Positions 19,861 to 30,446 are shown, counted from the first letter of the stretch. The stretch: DNA of 64,000 bases from an uncultured Bacteroidales bacterium (GCA_964419945.1 CAYQRU010000002.1:23054-87053), one strand, 5' to 3'. A program made the numbers and translations. The notes: generated by a model not told the origin, from the letters alone.

Positions 19861-20597
19861 GTTAAAAACAATTGAGTGAGTATCAGGTTGAAAACAATTA
19901 TCATGATGCTGCTGATAACGACACCTTTTGTACTTGCTGTACCAACTTCAAGCGCACCGCCACGTGTGTAAAATCCATAATATCCAGATATAGAAGCAAT
20001 TAGAAATGCAAAAACTGCTGTTTTAATCAAAGCATAATAAATATTGAATGGTACAAAAAATGACTGGATCCCAAAAATGAATATATTTGAGGACACCAGT
20101 CCTGTTGTGATGCCGGCCATCCATGCGCCAAATACAGCCAGAAACATACTGATTACAATAAGTACCGGATTGATCAGCACTGAGGCTATGATTTTAGGAA
20201 AAATAAGAAAGGCTGCAGGATTGATACCCATAATTTCAAGCGCATCAATTTGCTCTGTTATACGCATGGTTCCAATCTCAGAAGCTATTCGGGAACCAAC
20301 TTTTCCAGCCAGGATAAGACTGATGATGGTGGGTGAGAATTCAAGTACAACCGATTCGCGCACGGCATAACCAATGGTATAAAGAGGTACAAGCGGATGA
20401 TCAATGTTAAACGCCAGTTGTATGCACAGCACTGCGCCCATGAATACGGATATGATCACCACAATACCTAAGGAATCCAAACCCAGCCTGTCCATTTCGA
20501 GTATAATCCTTTTTAAATAAATACGTTCATTTTCAGGTCTCTTAAATACCTGCCTCAACAAAATCAAATACTGACCAAGGTTGAATAGTGCTTTCAT
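19857..20597 (-). CDS. ABC transporter permease, MlaE-like
   Basis: A polytopic membrane protein with MlaE-family conserved stretches (RESVVLEFSPTIISLILAGKVGSRIASEIGTMRITEQIDALE). It overlaps the ATPase gene by 4 nt. Confidence 0.8.
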   Translation of the reverse strand: MKALFNLGQYLILLRQVFKRPENERIYLKRIILEMDRLGLDSLGIVVIISVFMGAVLCIQLAFNIDHPLVPLYTIGYAVRESVVLEFSPTIISLILAGKVGSRIASEIGTMRITEQIDALEIMGINPAAFLIFPKIIASVLINPVLIVISMFLAVFGAWMAGITTGLVSSNIFIFGIQSFFVPFNIYYALIKTAVFAFLIASISGYYGFYTRGGALEVGTASTKGVVISSIMIIVFNLILTQLFLT

Positions 20598-20861
20598 TTC
20601 TATATTAAAAGAATCGGCTAAGATAAATATATTCCTTCATTTACTGACAAACTGGCAACGTATTGAAATGCCGGATATGCATAACGAAATTGCACACCGT
20701 ACTACTTTCAGCATTTTTACAACCATCATTGCAAGTTTCTGAACAGTAACAAAAATATACTTTCAAATTATCCGTTTGAACCATATCTCATCATAATCTG
20801 ACCGCTTGCCCGGCAACCAATGTTACCCGCTTTAAAAATTAATCATTAAAAATAGAATACA

Positions 20862-21068
20862 ATGAGAGTTCAAAAGCTGACATTCCTGATGATTATTCTT
20901 ATGTTGATCCTGATGTTTACTTCTTGCTTTTCTTCGGGGAAAAGCCGGAAAAGCGGCAAAAGGTATCATCAAAGATGCGACTGCTCAAGGTTCAGCGAAC
21001 TGACCAGTAACGAAGTGACAACTGTAGATTGGGCTGCGCACCATGGAAGACAAACAGATTCTGAGTAA
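20862..21068 (+). CDS. Possible small lipoprotein (68 aa; lipobox LMFTSC; Cys/His-rich mature part)
   Basis: It has a clean lipoprotein signal peptide. It is short and overlaps the predicted sprT-like start by 26 nt, so it may not be real. Confidence 0.3.
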   Translation: MRVQKLTFLMIILMLILMFTSCFSSGKSRKSGKRYHQRCDCSRFSELTSNEVTTVDWAAHHGRQTDSE

Positions 21069-21648
21069 ATACTTATCACCGGATGTGGTCAGTAAAGTAT
21101 TGTTAATGTTCAGGGAACACCGGGCAGTTCTGCGAATCACCAGGGCACGGTCAAGCAAAATTGGAGACTATCGTCCTCCACGCAATAGATTGCCTCATCG
21201 TATTTCGGTTAACCACAACCTTAATCCTCACGAATTTCTGCTTACGCTGATACATGAACTGGCTCATATGGAATGCTGGCTGCGATATGGAAAGCATGCG
21301 AAACCTCATGGCAGTGAGTGGAATATGATATTTAAAAAACTGTTAAACGAATTTGATAAACCCGGGTTATTTCCTGAAAATATTCGCCAGGCTATTGCAC
21401 AATTCTCTCAGCATGGCTTATCGTTCCAGCAAGGTAACGAGGCACTGAAACGGGCACTCAGATCTTTTGATTCCATTTCTGACTTACCAACAGTTGAGGA
21501 AATTGATAATAGTGAAATCTTCACATACCATAACCGAAGGTACCGTAAAATACATAAGGTACGCAAAAGAATCAAGTGCATGTGCCTGAATGATAACAAA
21601 CTATACACTTTTGGGCCATTTACCCGGGTTATCCCTGATAAGAAATAG
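21043..21648 (+). CDS. SprT-like zinc metallopeptidase domain protein
   Basis: HExxH motif in HELAHMECWLRYG, followed by a downstream H. SprT-like family, about 200 aa. Confidence 0.7.
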   Translation: MEDKQILSKYLSPDVVSKVLLMFREHRAVLRITRARSSKIGDYRPPRNRLPHRISVNHNLNPHEFLLTLIHELAHMECWLRYGKHAKPHGSEWNMIFKKLLNEFDKPGLFPENIRQAIAQFSQHGLSFQQGNEALKRALRSFDSISDLPTVEEIDNSEIFTYHNRRYRKIHKVRKRIKCMCLNDNKLYTFGPFTRVIPDKK

Positions 21649-21907
21649 CCACCTTTCAGCAGCTGAGTAATTTTGTTGAATCCCCAAAATCATAAAACAT
21701 CATTTTTGTAAATGATCGAACATACACCAACATTTTTATATGGAGTAAGTTGCTGTCGGGTATTTCCAAAATTCCAAGATTTTGAGACTTTCTCCCGGGG
21801 CTTATCAGATTTTTAAAAGATATAATCTTCTGACTTCTCTGATTGAAATTAAAAATTCTCTATTTTTGAAAAATACCAGACACCACAACTAATTAACAAT
21901 TATTGTT

Positions 21908-22993
21908 ATGAATCAAAATAACTATTGCGTAATTATGGCTGGAGGCGTTGGAGCACGTTTCTGGCCAATGAGCAAAACAGCTCGCCCAAAGCAGTTTATT
22001 GATATTCTCGGAACCGGGCAAACACTTATTCAAACCACTTTTGAAAGGTTTAAAAAAATATGCCCGACCGAGAACATTTATGTGGTTACCAGCGAGGTGT
22101 ATCGCGATCTTGTGAAAAAGCAACTTCCTGAGATCACCCATGAACAGATTCTGGGTGAACCAATGCGACGAAACACTGCACCATGTATTGCATACGCCAA
22201 TTACAAGATTCTTAACAAAAATCCTGAGGCCAATATTGTTGTTGCGCCTTCGGATCACATCATCCTGAAAAGTGAGAATTTTACGGAAGCCATACTTTCT
22301 GCCCTGGATGCAACAGCCAACAACGATTGGCTGCTTACTTTAGGTATACAGCCCACAAGACCCGATACCGGTTACGGATATATTCAGTTTGAGGAGAATA
22401 CAACCGTTTACAAGCGCATTTCGAAAGTAAAAACCTTTACTGAAAAACCCCAACTCGATCTGGCAGTATCTTTCCTGAAAAGCGGTGATTTTTTATGGAA
22501 TTCGGGTATCTTTATCTGGAGTTTGAAAAATATCATGAAAGCCTTTGAGAAATATTTACCCGAAGTAGATGATGTCTTCAGGAAAGGTGCTGTTTATTAT
22601 GATACTCCTGAGGAAAGCGGATTCATTGCAAGGGCATATCCCACAGTAAAAAACATATCCATTGATTATGGTGTAATGGAAAAAGCTTTGAATGTGTATG
22701 TTCTTTCTGCCGATTTGGGCTGGTCAGATCTTGGTACCTGGGGTTCATTGTATGAAAACCGGTCAAAGGACAGACATGGTAATACAATCGTTGGCAACAA
22801 TGTAATGAGTTATGACCTGAAGAACTGCATCGTTCATATGCCTGAAGACAAACTGGTTGTTTTACAGGGCCTTGATGAGTACATTGTTGTTGAGGACGAA
22901 AATGTACTGCTGGTATGCCGCAAGAAAGACGAGCAGGAAATCCGTCGTTTCGTTGACGATGTAAGTGTGGAAAAAGGGGAGAAGTATGTTTAA
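21908..22993 (+). CDS. manC: Mannose-1-phosphate guanylyltransferase (GDP-mannose pyrophosphorylase, no PMI domain)
   Basis: Nucleotidyltransferase N-terminus VIMAGGVGARFWPMS and a left-handed beta-helix C-terminus. Confidence 0.85.
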   Translation: MNQNNYCVIMAGGVGARFWPMSKTARPKQFIDILGTGQTLIQTTFERFKKICPTENIYVVTSEVYRDLVKKQLPEITHEQILGEPMRRNTAPCIAYANYKILNKNPEANIVVAPSDHIILKSENFTEAILSALDATANNDWLLTLGIQPTRPDTGYGYIQFEENTTVYKRISKVKTFTEKPQLDLAVSFLKSGDFLWNSGIFIWSLKNIMKAFEKYLPEVDDVFRKGAVYYDTPEESGFIARAYPTVKNISIDYGVMEKALNVYVLSADLGWSDLGTWGSLYENRSKDRHGNTIVGNNVMSYDLKNCIVHMPEDKLVVLQGLDEYIVVEDENVLLVCRKKDEQEIRRFVDDVSVEKGEKYV

Positions 22994-23643
22994 ACAGTCA
23001 TTTCTTTTACTTCACTGTCAATAATCAGGGTACCACCGGTTGCTTCCCTGATTTCATCAATACTGATTCCGGGAGCGCACTCAAGCAACCGAAATCCTTC
23101 CGGAACTATTTCAAGCATGGCAAGATTGGTAACGATCTTTTTAACGCAACCCACACCGGTAAGTGGTAATGTACATCTTTTTAATAGCTTCGATTCCCCT
23201 GACGGCGAAGTATGCTGCATGGCAACAATGATGTTTTTGGCCGCTGCTACCAGGTCCATGGCTCCTCCCATGCCTTTCACCATTTTTCCAGGTATTTTCC
23301 AGCTTGCAATGTCGCCTTTTTCCGAAACTTCAAATGCTCCAAGAACTGTAAGATCAACATGCCCTCCCCGGATCATGGCGAAACTTGTGGCTGAATCAAA
23401 AAATGCAGCTCCCGGATTTACTGTTACGGTTTGCTTACCGGCATTGATCAGATCCGGATCTATTTCATCTTCCAAAGGGAATGGCCCCATACCAAGAATT
23501 CCATTCTCCGATTGAAGGATTACCTGCATCCCTTCAGGAATAAAATTGGCAACAAGTGTGGGTATTCCTATACCCAGATTCACATAATAACCATCTTTCA
23601 ATTCTTTGGCTATACGTTGAGCGATTTGTTCTTTTGTTAGCAT
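22990..23643 (-). CDS. 3-oxoacid CoA-transferase subunit B (ScoB/AtoA-like)
   Basis: Family I CoA-transferase beta subunit. Contains the catalytic-Glu region SENG (ILQSENGILGMGP). Confidence 0.85.
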   Translation of the reverse strand: MLTKEQIAQRIAKELKDGYYVNLGIGIPTLVANFIPEGMQVILQSENGILGMGPFPLEDEIDPDLINAGKQTVTVNPGAAFFDSATSFAMIRGGHVDLTVLGAFEVSEKGDIASWKIPGKMVKGMGGAMDLVAAAKNIIVAMQHTSPSGESKLLKRCTLPLTGVGCVKKIVTNLAMLEIVPEGFRLLECAPGISIDEIREATGGTLIIDSEVKEMTV

Positions 23644-23756
23644 GATTCAGCTTATTATTTTGCCTTGTTACAATGTTGTTTAATGCTGCTGTGGAGTAAA
23701 ATAAACTTTCACATCCGGGAATATTGAACCTGACATTATAGCACAACTGCACCAGA

Positions 23757-24455
23757 TCATTTCTGATACCGGACTGTTCTGCGTTCAATTCTTTTTTCAT
23801 AATCTGTTCCCTGAAAAATACGTTGAACAAAAACTCCGGGGGTGTGAATAAAATTTGGATCCAGTTTTCCGGCAGGAACAAGTTCTTCAACCTCAGCAAT
23901 TGTGATATTTCCTGCCATTGCCATTGCCTGGTTAAAATTATTGGCTGTTGCTTTATAAACCAGGTTGCCTGAGGTATCTCCCTTCCATGCTTTAACAATG
24001 GCGAAATCAGCAGTCAATGCCCGCTCAAGTACATGCGGTTTCCCATTGTAGACTCGTATTTCTTTTCCCTCGGCTACTTCTGTACCAAAACCGGCCGGAA
24101 CAAAAAATGCAGGGATTCCGGCTCCTCCTGCACGACACCGCTCAGCCAGTGTGCCCTGCGGAATCAGTTCTACTTCGAGTTCCCCGCTGAGCAATTGCCG
24201 TTCAAACTCATCATTTTCACCCACATATGATGAGATCATCTTCCTGATCTGACGTTTTCTTAACAGCAATCCCAGGCCAAAGTCATCAATTCCTGCGTTG
24301 TTTGAAATACAGGTCAAATTCTTAATTCCGGACGCAACCAATGCTGCAATGCAGTTTTCAGGAATTCCACATAAACCAAAACCCCCAAACATCAGTGTCA
24401 TTCCATCACTGATTCCGGAAATAGCTTCACGGGCATCATTAACAACTTTGTTCAT
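23757..24455 (-). CDS. 3-oxoacid CoA-transferase subunit A (ScoA/AtoD-like)
   Basis: CoA-transferase alpha-subunit motifs GMTLMFGGFGLCGIPE. Sits immediately upstream of subunit B. Confidence 0.85.
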   Translation of the reverse strand: MNKVVNDAREAISGISDGMTLMFGGFGLCGIPENCIAALVASGIKNLTCISNNAGIDDFGLGLLLRKRQIRKMISSYVGENDEFERQLLSGELEVELIPQGTLAERCRAGGAGIPAFFVPAGFGTEVAEGKEIRVYNGKPHVLERALTADFAIVKAWKGDTSGNLVYKATANNFNQAMAMAGNITIAEVEELVPAGKLDPNFIHTPGVFVQRIFQGTDYEKRIERRTVRYQK

Positions 24456-24630
24456 GCGTTTTAATGATTTGTTGTTTTAAAGATAACAGCAGAATCATTG
24501 ATATGGTTCATTGATGATGATTTTTAGCCGATCCGGATATTTTAACGAGCGAGAGGCCATTCTCTGGATTACCAGAAAACAGCCTCTCTGACAACATCAA
24601 TTCGAGATCAGTAAAGTGTACTAAAAGAGA

Positions 24631-26292
24631 TTAAATCCTGCCAAGTATAATACTGATCGTTCCAATCACATCCAATACATTCACAGATCCGTCCTGGTTC
24701 ACGTCTGCATTTTCAAAACAGAAGGGCTGAGGATTCAGACCAATTGCATAATTAACAGTGGTGATCACATCCAGCACGTTGACAATTCCATCACAATTGG
24801 AATCACCCGGAGTAACTGACACGGAGGCTGGTTGCACATGGCCTGCACGGTCATTGCTTCCCTTGTAGGTTCCCCACAATACATTGGCCTGAGAAACAGG
24901 AACCTGCAAACCATAAACATTTACGAAGGCGGAATCCGAAGCACTGAAATTTTGTTCGTAGGAAAGAGCAACAAGATCTAACAATCCATCTCCGTTTACA
25001 TCACCCAGATTGGCGCCATTCATAAAAGTAAATCCAATAGGGCGTAGCGGAAATCCTTCCAATTCGCCGGTACCGTCAATATTGTAAGCATGAATAAATC
25101 CCTGCCCCTCAATCATGGTATTGCTTCCAAAAACCAGGTTCTGTTGCCCGTTACCATCAATATCAGCCACACTAATAAATCCTTCCAGACCGCCAGCTTT
25201 TGTAATGGGATAATTGTTCATCAAAGAACCATCTGCGTTAAAACCAAAGACAACAGGAGCAGGATCACCTGAGATCGGTCTGCTCATAAAGGTCTTATAA
25301 CTGCCTGTTCCATCAATATCAACTATTGTTGGTGGAGAATAAGTCCAGCTATTGTCCGGAACAAGCATTGGCCATCCAGTGCGATAGGTGCCATTATTAT
25401 TTCTCGCATAAAATTTTGGTTCAGTTCCATGAGCTGAACCAACTATACTTAACTGGTCGTTTCCGTCGAAATCAACAAGAATGGGTGACTGATAAGAAAA
25501 ACTGTAATTATCAGAAGGTACCGGGAAACCTGGTTTGGCTTGTGCATTGGCATCCAGGGCAAACATAATACCATTGGAGGTACCGGTCACGATTTCCATT
25601 ACACTGTCGTTGTCAATGTCAGCAACTGAGGGAGTAACTGCGGGTGTTCCACCAAGATTAAACGGCCAGTTTGCATTGAGCGGGGTTCCATCAAGCTTTA
25701 ATACATGAAGGTTGTTGGATGTTCGGGTTTGAAATATGATTTCTTTCACACCATCGCCTGAAACATCAGCCAATGCCGGGCTGCACAGAATCCAATGACT
25801 GCTGAAATTTACCGGCCATCCCGGTTGATCATTACCATTCACATCCATATAATAAACCCTTCCATTGTTTGGAATTCCTCCGGTAACCTGCACTATACCA
25901 AGAGTTCCGGTTCCATCCATGTCGGCTACTGCCGGAGGATAAATGGCAGTTCCTGTGAGGTTTTTACTCCATAGCAATGATCCATTGCCTTTAAAGGCTC
26001 TGAGTACACTATAGGAGCCTACTAAAATTTCATCAGCACCATCACCATCAATATCGGCAAGTGTGACGCCACGAAAGTTTTTGAAGTTTGGATGAGCGCC
26101 GACCTTCACCGGGAAACCCGGCAACTGGCTGTACTTGCTGCTGTTTTCAACGGGTAAAGCAGATTTGTCCATCAACATGGTTTCGGTGAGTACTGCACCA
26201 TCAGTGCCTAAGAATGCACGGCTCACTTCAACCTGCGTAAACACACACAGGGGCAGAGCCAACATGAACAGAAATACAAGTTGTTTTTTCAT
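24631..26292 (-). CDS. Secreted FG-GAP/beta-propeller repeat protein with a C-terminal dockerin-like double Ca-binding module
   Basis: A signal peptide, then seven or more FG-GAP-like repeats (DIDGDGADEILVG, VADMDGTG, VADIDNDSVMEIV, VDFDGNDQLSIV, VDIDGTGSYK, VADIDGNGQQNLVFG, GDVNGDGLLDLVA). The C-terminus reads GDSNCDGIVNVLDVITTVNYAIGL...ADVNQDGSVNVLDVIGTISIILG, which resembles a dockerin type I duplicated segment. Confidence 0.7.
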   Translation of the reverse strand: MKKQLVFLFMLALPLCVFTQVEVSRAFLGTDGAVLTETMLMDKSALPVENSSKYSQLPGFPVKVGAHPNFKNFRGVTLADIDGDGADEILVGSYSVLRAFKGNGSLLWSKNLTGTAIYPPAVADMDGTGTLGIVQVTGGIPNNGRVYYMDVNGNDQPGWPVNFSSHWILCSPALADVSGDGVKEIIFQTRTSNNLHVLKLDGTPLNANWPFNLGGTPAVTPSVADIDNDSVMEIVTGTSNGIMFALDANAQAKPGFPVPSDNYSFSYQSPILVDFDGNDQLSIVGSAHGTEPKFYARNNNGTYRTGWPMLVPDNSWTYSPPTIVDIDGTGSYKTFMSRPISGDPAPVVFGFNADGSLMNNYPITKAGGLEGFISVADIDGNGQQNLVFGSNTMIEGQGFIHAYNIDGTGELEGFPLRPIGFTFMNGANLGDVNGDGLLDLVALSYEQNFSASDSAFVNVYGLQVPVSQANVLWGTYKGSNDRAGHVQPASVSVTPGDSNCDGIVNVLDVITTVNYAIGLNPQPFCFENADVNQDGSVNVLDVIGTISIILGRI

Positions 26293-26418
26293 AGAAACAG
26301 ATTTAAGTGAGTAATAAGTTTATGTAATCACGTCAGTCGTGATTGAAGATTACAAAAGTATTACTAATCATCAAATCTGCAAGGGGAAATCCATTTTCAG
26401 ATGGTTTGCACGGTGGCA

Positions 26419-26916
26419 TCAGAGCGCTGAAAGTGCTTTGTCGTAATCAGGCTCCTGCACAATTTCTGGTACAAGCTCGGCGTAAGTGATTCTGCCATTC
26501 TCGTCAACTACAAAAACGCAGCGTGCCAGCAAACCAGCCAAAGGGCCGTCAACAATACCAAGACCGTAATTATCCGCAAAGTCCGTATCGCGGAAAGCAG
26601 AAAGTGTTACAACATTACTTATGCCTTCTGTAGTGCAGAAGCGCCCCATGGCAAATGGTAAATCCTTGGAAATGGCAAGCACAACAGTATTCTTCATACT
26701 GGCAGCTTTTTCATTGAATTTGCGAACCGATGCAGCACAGACGGCTGTATCCAGGCTGGGAAAAATGTTCAGGACAACTTTTTTACCCTTAAACTCAGAA
26801 AGAGATGCTTCGCCAAGGTCAGATTTTACAAGTTTAAATTCCGGGGCTAAGGAGCCGGTCGCGGGTAATTCACCCGATGTATGGATGGTGTTTCCTTTAA
26901 GTGTGATAGTGGCCAT
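26419..26916 (-). CDS. tpx: Thiol peroxidase (atypical 2-Cys peroxiredoxin)
   Basis: Near-collinear with Tpx (PEFKLVKSDLGEASLSEFKGKKVVLNIFPSLDTAVCAASVRKFN). The start was set at MATITLKG. Confidence 0.92.
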   Translation of the reverse strand: MATITLKGNTIHTSGELPATGSLAPEFKLVKSDLGEASLSEFKGKKVVLNIFPSLDTAVCAASVRKFNEKAASMKNTVVLAISKDLPFAMGRFCTTEGISNVVTLSAFRDTDFADNYGLGIVDGPLAGLLARCVFVVDENGRITYAELVPEIVQEPDYDKALSAL

Positions 26917-27024
26917 TTTGAAATTAATAATGTTAGACTTCATTCAATACTTCTTCAACATAACATTGAAAAAGGGTTTTTGGTTCATGGGAAACTGACA
27001 TATAATCGAGAAGGAACAGAAATT

Positions 27025-30000
27025 CTAAAAATCGGTGCCGAATGAAAGATAAAACATAGGTTTAAGAAACCTCTTTTCTTCGAAGCCCCATGCAAAATCA
27101 CCGCGAACAAAATATCCCAGAAAGGAAGTTCGCGCACCGAAACCAAGACCGGCAACAATAGGCTCCTTCTGCATTTCAAACCAGCCACTTACTGGCCCTT
27201 GTTCAAAATATTTGCGAAACAAATGATTGCCCGACGAAAAAGGATGCAGACCAGTCCAGGCAGTACCCACATCAGCAAAACCAACTATCTGAAAATCGTT
27301 GATGAACTGCATGCTGACAGGTCTGTTGATAAAATATCTGAAAACAGGCAGCCGCAACTCTGAGTTAATCACAATGAAACTATTTCCGTTTCTGATGTTT
27401 TGCTGGAATCCGCGCAGGTTTGTAGCCAGAGTTTGATAAGCATAAGTTCTCGAATAATCAATGTTCATTTCCTGGTCAAATTTGGGTAAGAGCCAGTTAT
27501 CAACACCGCCCATATAATACATAAGAAGGTTATTGCCAAACGATGTGCTTGCTGCCAGACGGTTTGCCCAAATAAAAGTACGGTGAAGAGGCAAATAATT
27601 CCGGAAATCCAATCCCATTACAACCATATTATTAGGATCCTGGGTGATACCCTGATAATATTCACCAAATAATTTAGCGCGCGTACCATGGAATAAATTC
27701 GTTCCCAGGGATTTGCTGTCGTCATAAATGAGTTCAGCCTTCAGGCCTGCCCAATTCCTGGTCAGATCGGCTTCCTGAAGGCTGAGACGGTCAGTGGCCA
27801 GATAAACGGCCCTGTCATTTTTATAAACAAGGCTGCTTTTCAGGCTAAGCACACGTGTAAAAGGCCAGGTGAGGATATAATGGAATTCATGAATGCGATG
27901 ACGAACCTGTGAATAGTAATTGCGAATGGTTGCCGACTCTCGAGTTTCATCGAGTGACTGGCGATAAAAAACATATTCTTTGTTTAACCTGTGCTTGTAG
28001 TTCTTAAAACTAAGTAAATATTCGTTGTTTACAAGATCAGGGCTAAGTCTGACTCCACCAGTAATACGGAAATCTTCAAGCAGATCGGTGAGCGAGACAC
28101 TCAGGAAAGCATTCAATCCCGGGCTCAGAAACAGCGGGCTTTTACTTCCAGTAAAAGGTTGGTAAGTGGCAGCCATATAGGTAAAATCTACCTGATTTAC
28201 CAATTGGTCAATGAAATATTCTACATTGTAATTCAATCGTTTGGGAATGATGAATTTTTCCTCCTTCTCTTCATGCACAACCTGAGCTTCGATGCGCCTT
28301 GGTATCAAATCAGCCGGAATAGAATCGCTGAAAACAGCATGATCTATTTCTGTAACTTCACCGGCAGAAGGTTTTTTATCCGATTCATTTACCATCACAC
28401 TGCGAAAGCGTTTTTGTTTTTGAGCCTCTTGTGTTTCTATTCTTCCTACTACCTTACCGGTTGCAGGTTGGTTTTTTAATAGGTTGCTTACAAAAGGAGT
28501 AGGCTGAGGTTGCATGGCAATTAATTCATCCGGTGTTTTTAGCGGCTCAATCCTGATAAAATATTTTCCCAGGTGGGAAACAATTTCACCTAGAAGACTG
28601 GCTGCACGGTTAACATCTTGATGCACAATACTCCCGGGATAATTTGTCACGGCCATTGATTCAACAAAATACCTGTAATGTATGATGGTATCCACATAGG
28701 CGATCGTACTGTCGAACCTGCCAATATAACGGTTTGTAATACCACTTTCATCGCTCAGATAGGTAAAGTAATTCCTTTCGTATTCAATGGGTTGGATTTG
28801 ATTCGACAAAGTCTTATAAATCACCCGGCGCAGATTATTATCTGGGTTGCTGCGGTCGTAAATATAAAGGTTAAAAAAGCCCGATGCAGGTTGAAAATCC
28901 AGGTTTGTTTTCAGATCAAGTGAATCGGGCGGACGGTTTGAACCAAATAGAATTCTCTCAGAATTGTTGATGAATGTCGGTGTGTGGTCATCAAAGATGC
29001 CATCGGTGATCTGCTCAAAAGAGTTGGATGGAATATGGTAGAGATAAATATTGGTTTTCCCTTTCTGAACTGCTGAAAGGATAAAATGAAACCCATCGTC
29101 AGAATATCGGAAATCTATTACTTTTTCAATGTTAACAAGGTACTGACCAGTGGTTTTTTCATCGTCCATATTGTAAAAATACAGGTTCAGAAGCCCTTTG
29201 TCTTCTGCAATGATTGCCAGTATTCTGCCGGAAGGATGCCAGGCCAACAGCGGATAGGAAAGATCAATAATTTCTTCAAGCCTGAATCCTCCACGCAACA
29301 ACACCTTTTTTTTATTGTTAACGAAGTCATGAAGAATTACCCTGTAACGTCCATGATGATTTGAAATATAAGCAATGTGGCGGCCATCGGGATTTATACG
29401 CAAATGCTGATATACTTCACCTTTCCGGTTTTTTACCTTAATATTTTGAACCGGATTTGGTAAATTTTGCCTGAAAGGTTCGTACAAAGTCTGGTAATAC
29501 TCTTTCCAGTCTTTAAGCAGATTCTTATCAGATATACCAAGTGTGTAGACCATGCTATTTTCAAGGCTGCGTCCAAGCCGGTTCATATAAACCAGATTCG
29601 ACAATACAGTTTCACCATATTTATCGGCAATATACTTCCAAACCGAATGTCCTGCATACATTGCATCCTCACCTTCAAGCTGGTTGAAACGGCGATACCG
29701 GCCGGAAAGAAAGGCATTTCTGACAATATTGTCGGTTTCAGTACTCCAGGGTTCTGAAATGTACGAAACCAATCCGTTGAGGTACCATTTAGGTAATTTT
29801 GCCATAGGTGAAGATGTCACCTGGTTGCCAATGCTGCCCCCATACAAAGCTTGCTGGATGAGAACATGGGCAATACCTGCACGGATTTGCCTGTCGAAAT
29901 GATTGTAATTTCCATTGTAATACAGGAAAATACGTTTACCTACAATATGTGTAATGCCTCCTGTATTATAGGTGTATTGCGTTTCGTTTTGTGAACCAAT

Positions 30001-30324
30001 ATTACTCTGACGTACGTCGCTGAGGCGGTTAAAAATCACAAACTGCAATTTGTCTTTAAGCGATGTTTCAAGCATAGCAGCGATTCTCGGAATTTCCTTT
30101 TCAGCCATAAAGGCTGTATATCCTGCAAGGTGTTCACCGTTCAGATAGAAATAGGTGTCGAAGTCATCGAATCGATAATGGGTCCATAAAAAATCCGAGT
30201 AACTCACTCGTGTACGTCCAAAGTTTTGCTGCGAACCATAATAAAACTGTGCCGGCGAAATGATTGGCAGTAATGCTGGTAGCATCAGTGTAACCAATAC
30301 TTTGATAAAGGAAATCTGTTTCAT
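27025..30324 (-). CDS. Large outer-membrane protein (1099 aa) with a signal peptide, PD40/TolB-like beta-propeller repeats and a C-terminal beta-barrel ending in Phe
   Basis: Signal peptide MKQISFIKVLVTLMLPALLPIISPAQ. PD40-like repeats include INPDGRHIAYISNHHGRYRVILHDF, WHPSGRILAIIAEDKG and YSDDGFHFILSAVQKGKTNIYLY. The C-terminus is amphipathic beta-strands ending ...FYLSFGTDF. Family not assigned. Confidence 0.65.
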   Translation of the reverse strand: MKQISFIKVLVTLMLPALLPIISPAQFYYGSQQNFGRTRVSYSDFLWTHYRFDDFDTYFYLNGEHLAGYTAFMAEKEIPRIAAMLETSLKDKLQFVIFNRLSDVRQSNIGSQNETQYTYNTGGITHIVGKRIFLYYNGNYNHFDRQIRAGIAHVLIQQALYGGSIGNQVTSSPMAKLPKWYLNGLVSYISEPWSTETDNIVRNAFLSGRYRRFNQLEGEDAMYAGHSVWKYIADKYGETVLSNLVYMNRLGRSLENSMVYTLGISDKNLLKDWKEYYQTLYEPFRQNLPNPVQNIKVKNRKGEVYQHLRINPDGRHIAYISNHHGRYRVILHDFVNNKKKVLLRGGFRLEEIIDLSYPLLAWHPSGRILAIIAEDKGLLNLYFYNMDDEKTTGQYLVNIEKVIDFRYSDDGFHFILSAVQKGKTNIYLYHIPSNSFEQITDGIFDDHTPTFINNSERILFGSNRPPDSLDLKTNLDFQPASGFFNLYIYDRSNPDNNLRRVIYKTLSNQIQPIEYERNYFTYLSDESGITNRYIGRFDSTIAYVDTIIHYRYFVESMAVTNYPGSIVHQDVNRAASLLGEIVSHLGKYFIRIEPLKTPDELIAMQPQPTPFVSNLLKNQPATGKVVGRIETQEAQKQKRFRSVMVNESDKKPSAGEVTEIDHAVFSDSIPADLIPRRIEAQVVHEEKEEKFIIPKRLNYNVEYFIDQLVNQVDFTYMAATYQPFTGSKSPLFLSPGLNAFLSVSLTDLLEDFRITGGVRLSPDLVNNEYLLSFKNYKHRLNKEYVFYRQSLDETRESATIRNYYSQVRHRIHEFHYILTWPFTRVLSLKSSLVYKNDRAVYLATDRLSLQEADLTRNWAGLKAELIYDDSKSLGTNLFHGTRAKLFGEYYQGITQDPNNMVVMGLDFRNYLPLHRTFIWANRLAASTSFGNNLLMYYMGGVDNWLLPKFDQEMNIDYSRTYAYQTLATNLRGFQQNIRNGNSFIVINSELRLPVFRYFINRPVSMQFINDFQIVGFADVGTAWTGLHPFSSGNHLFRKYFEQGPVSGWFEMQKEPIVAGLGFGARTSFLGYFVRGDFAWGFEEKRFLKPMFYLSFGTDF

Positions 30325-30446
30325 GACTTACAATTCCGGTATGTTCGCCGAGTTGAGCAGCTAAATTAGTACATATTATGTTAACGATGCTTCACCGCTA
30401 ATGTATATTTTTGCAACAAAACTTGTGTTTGCTGAATTGATAAGAT

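Noticed and set aside
24631-24810. The dockerin-like module as evidence of a cellulosome
   Set aside because: No cohesin, scaffoldin or glycoside hydrolase genes are nearby. The module may simply be a Ca-binding anchoring tail.
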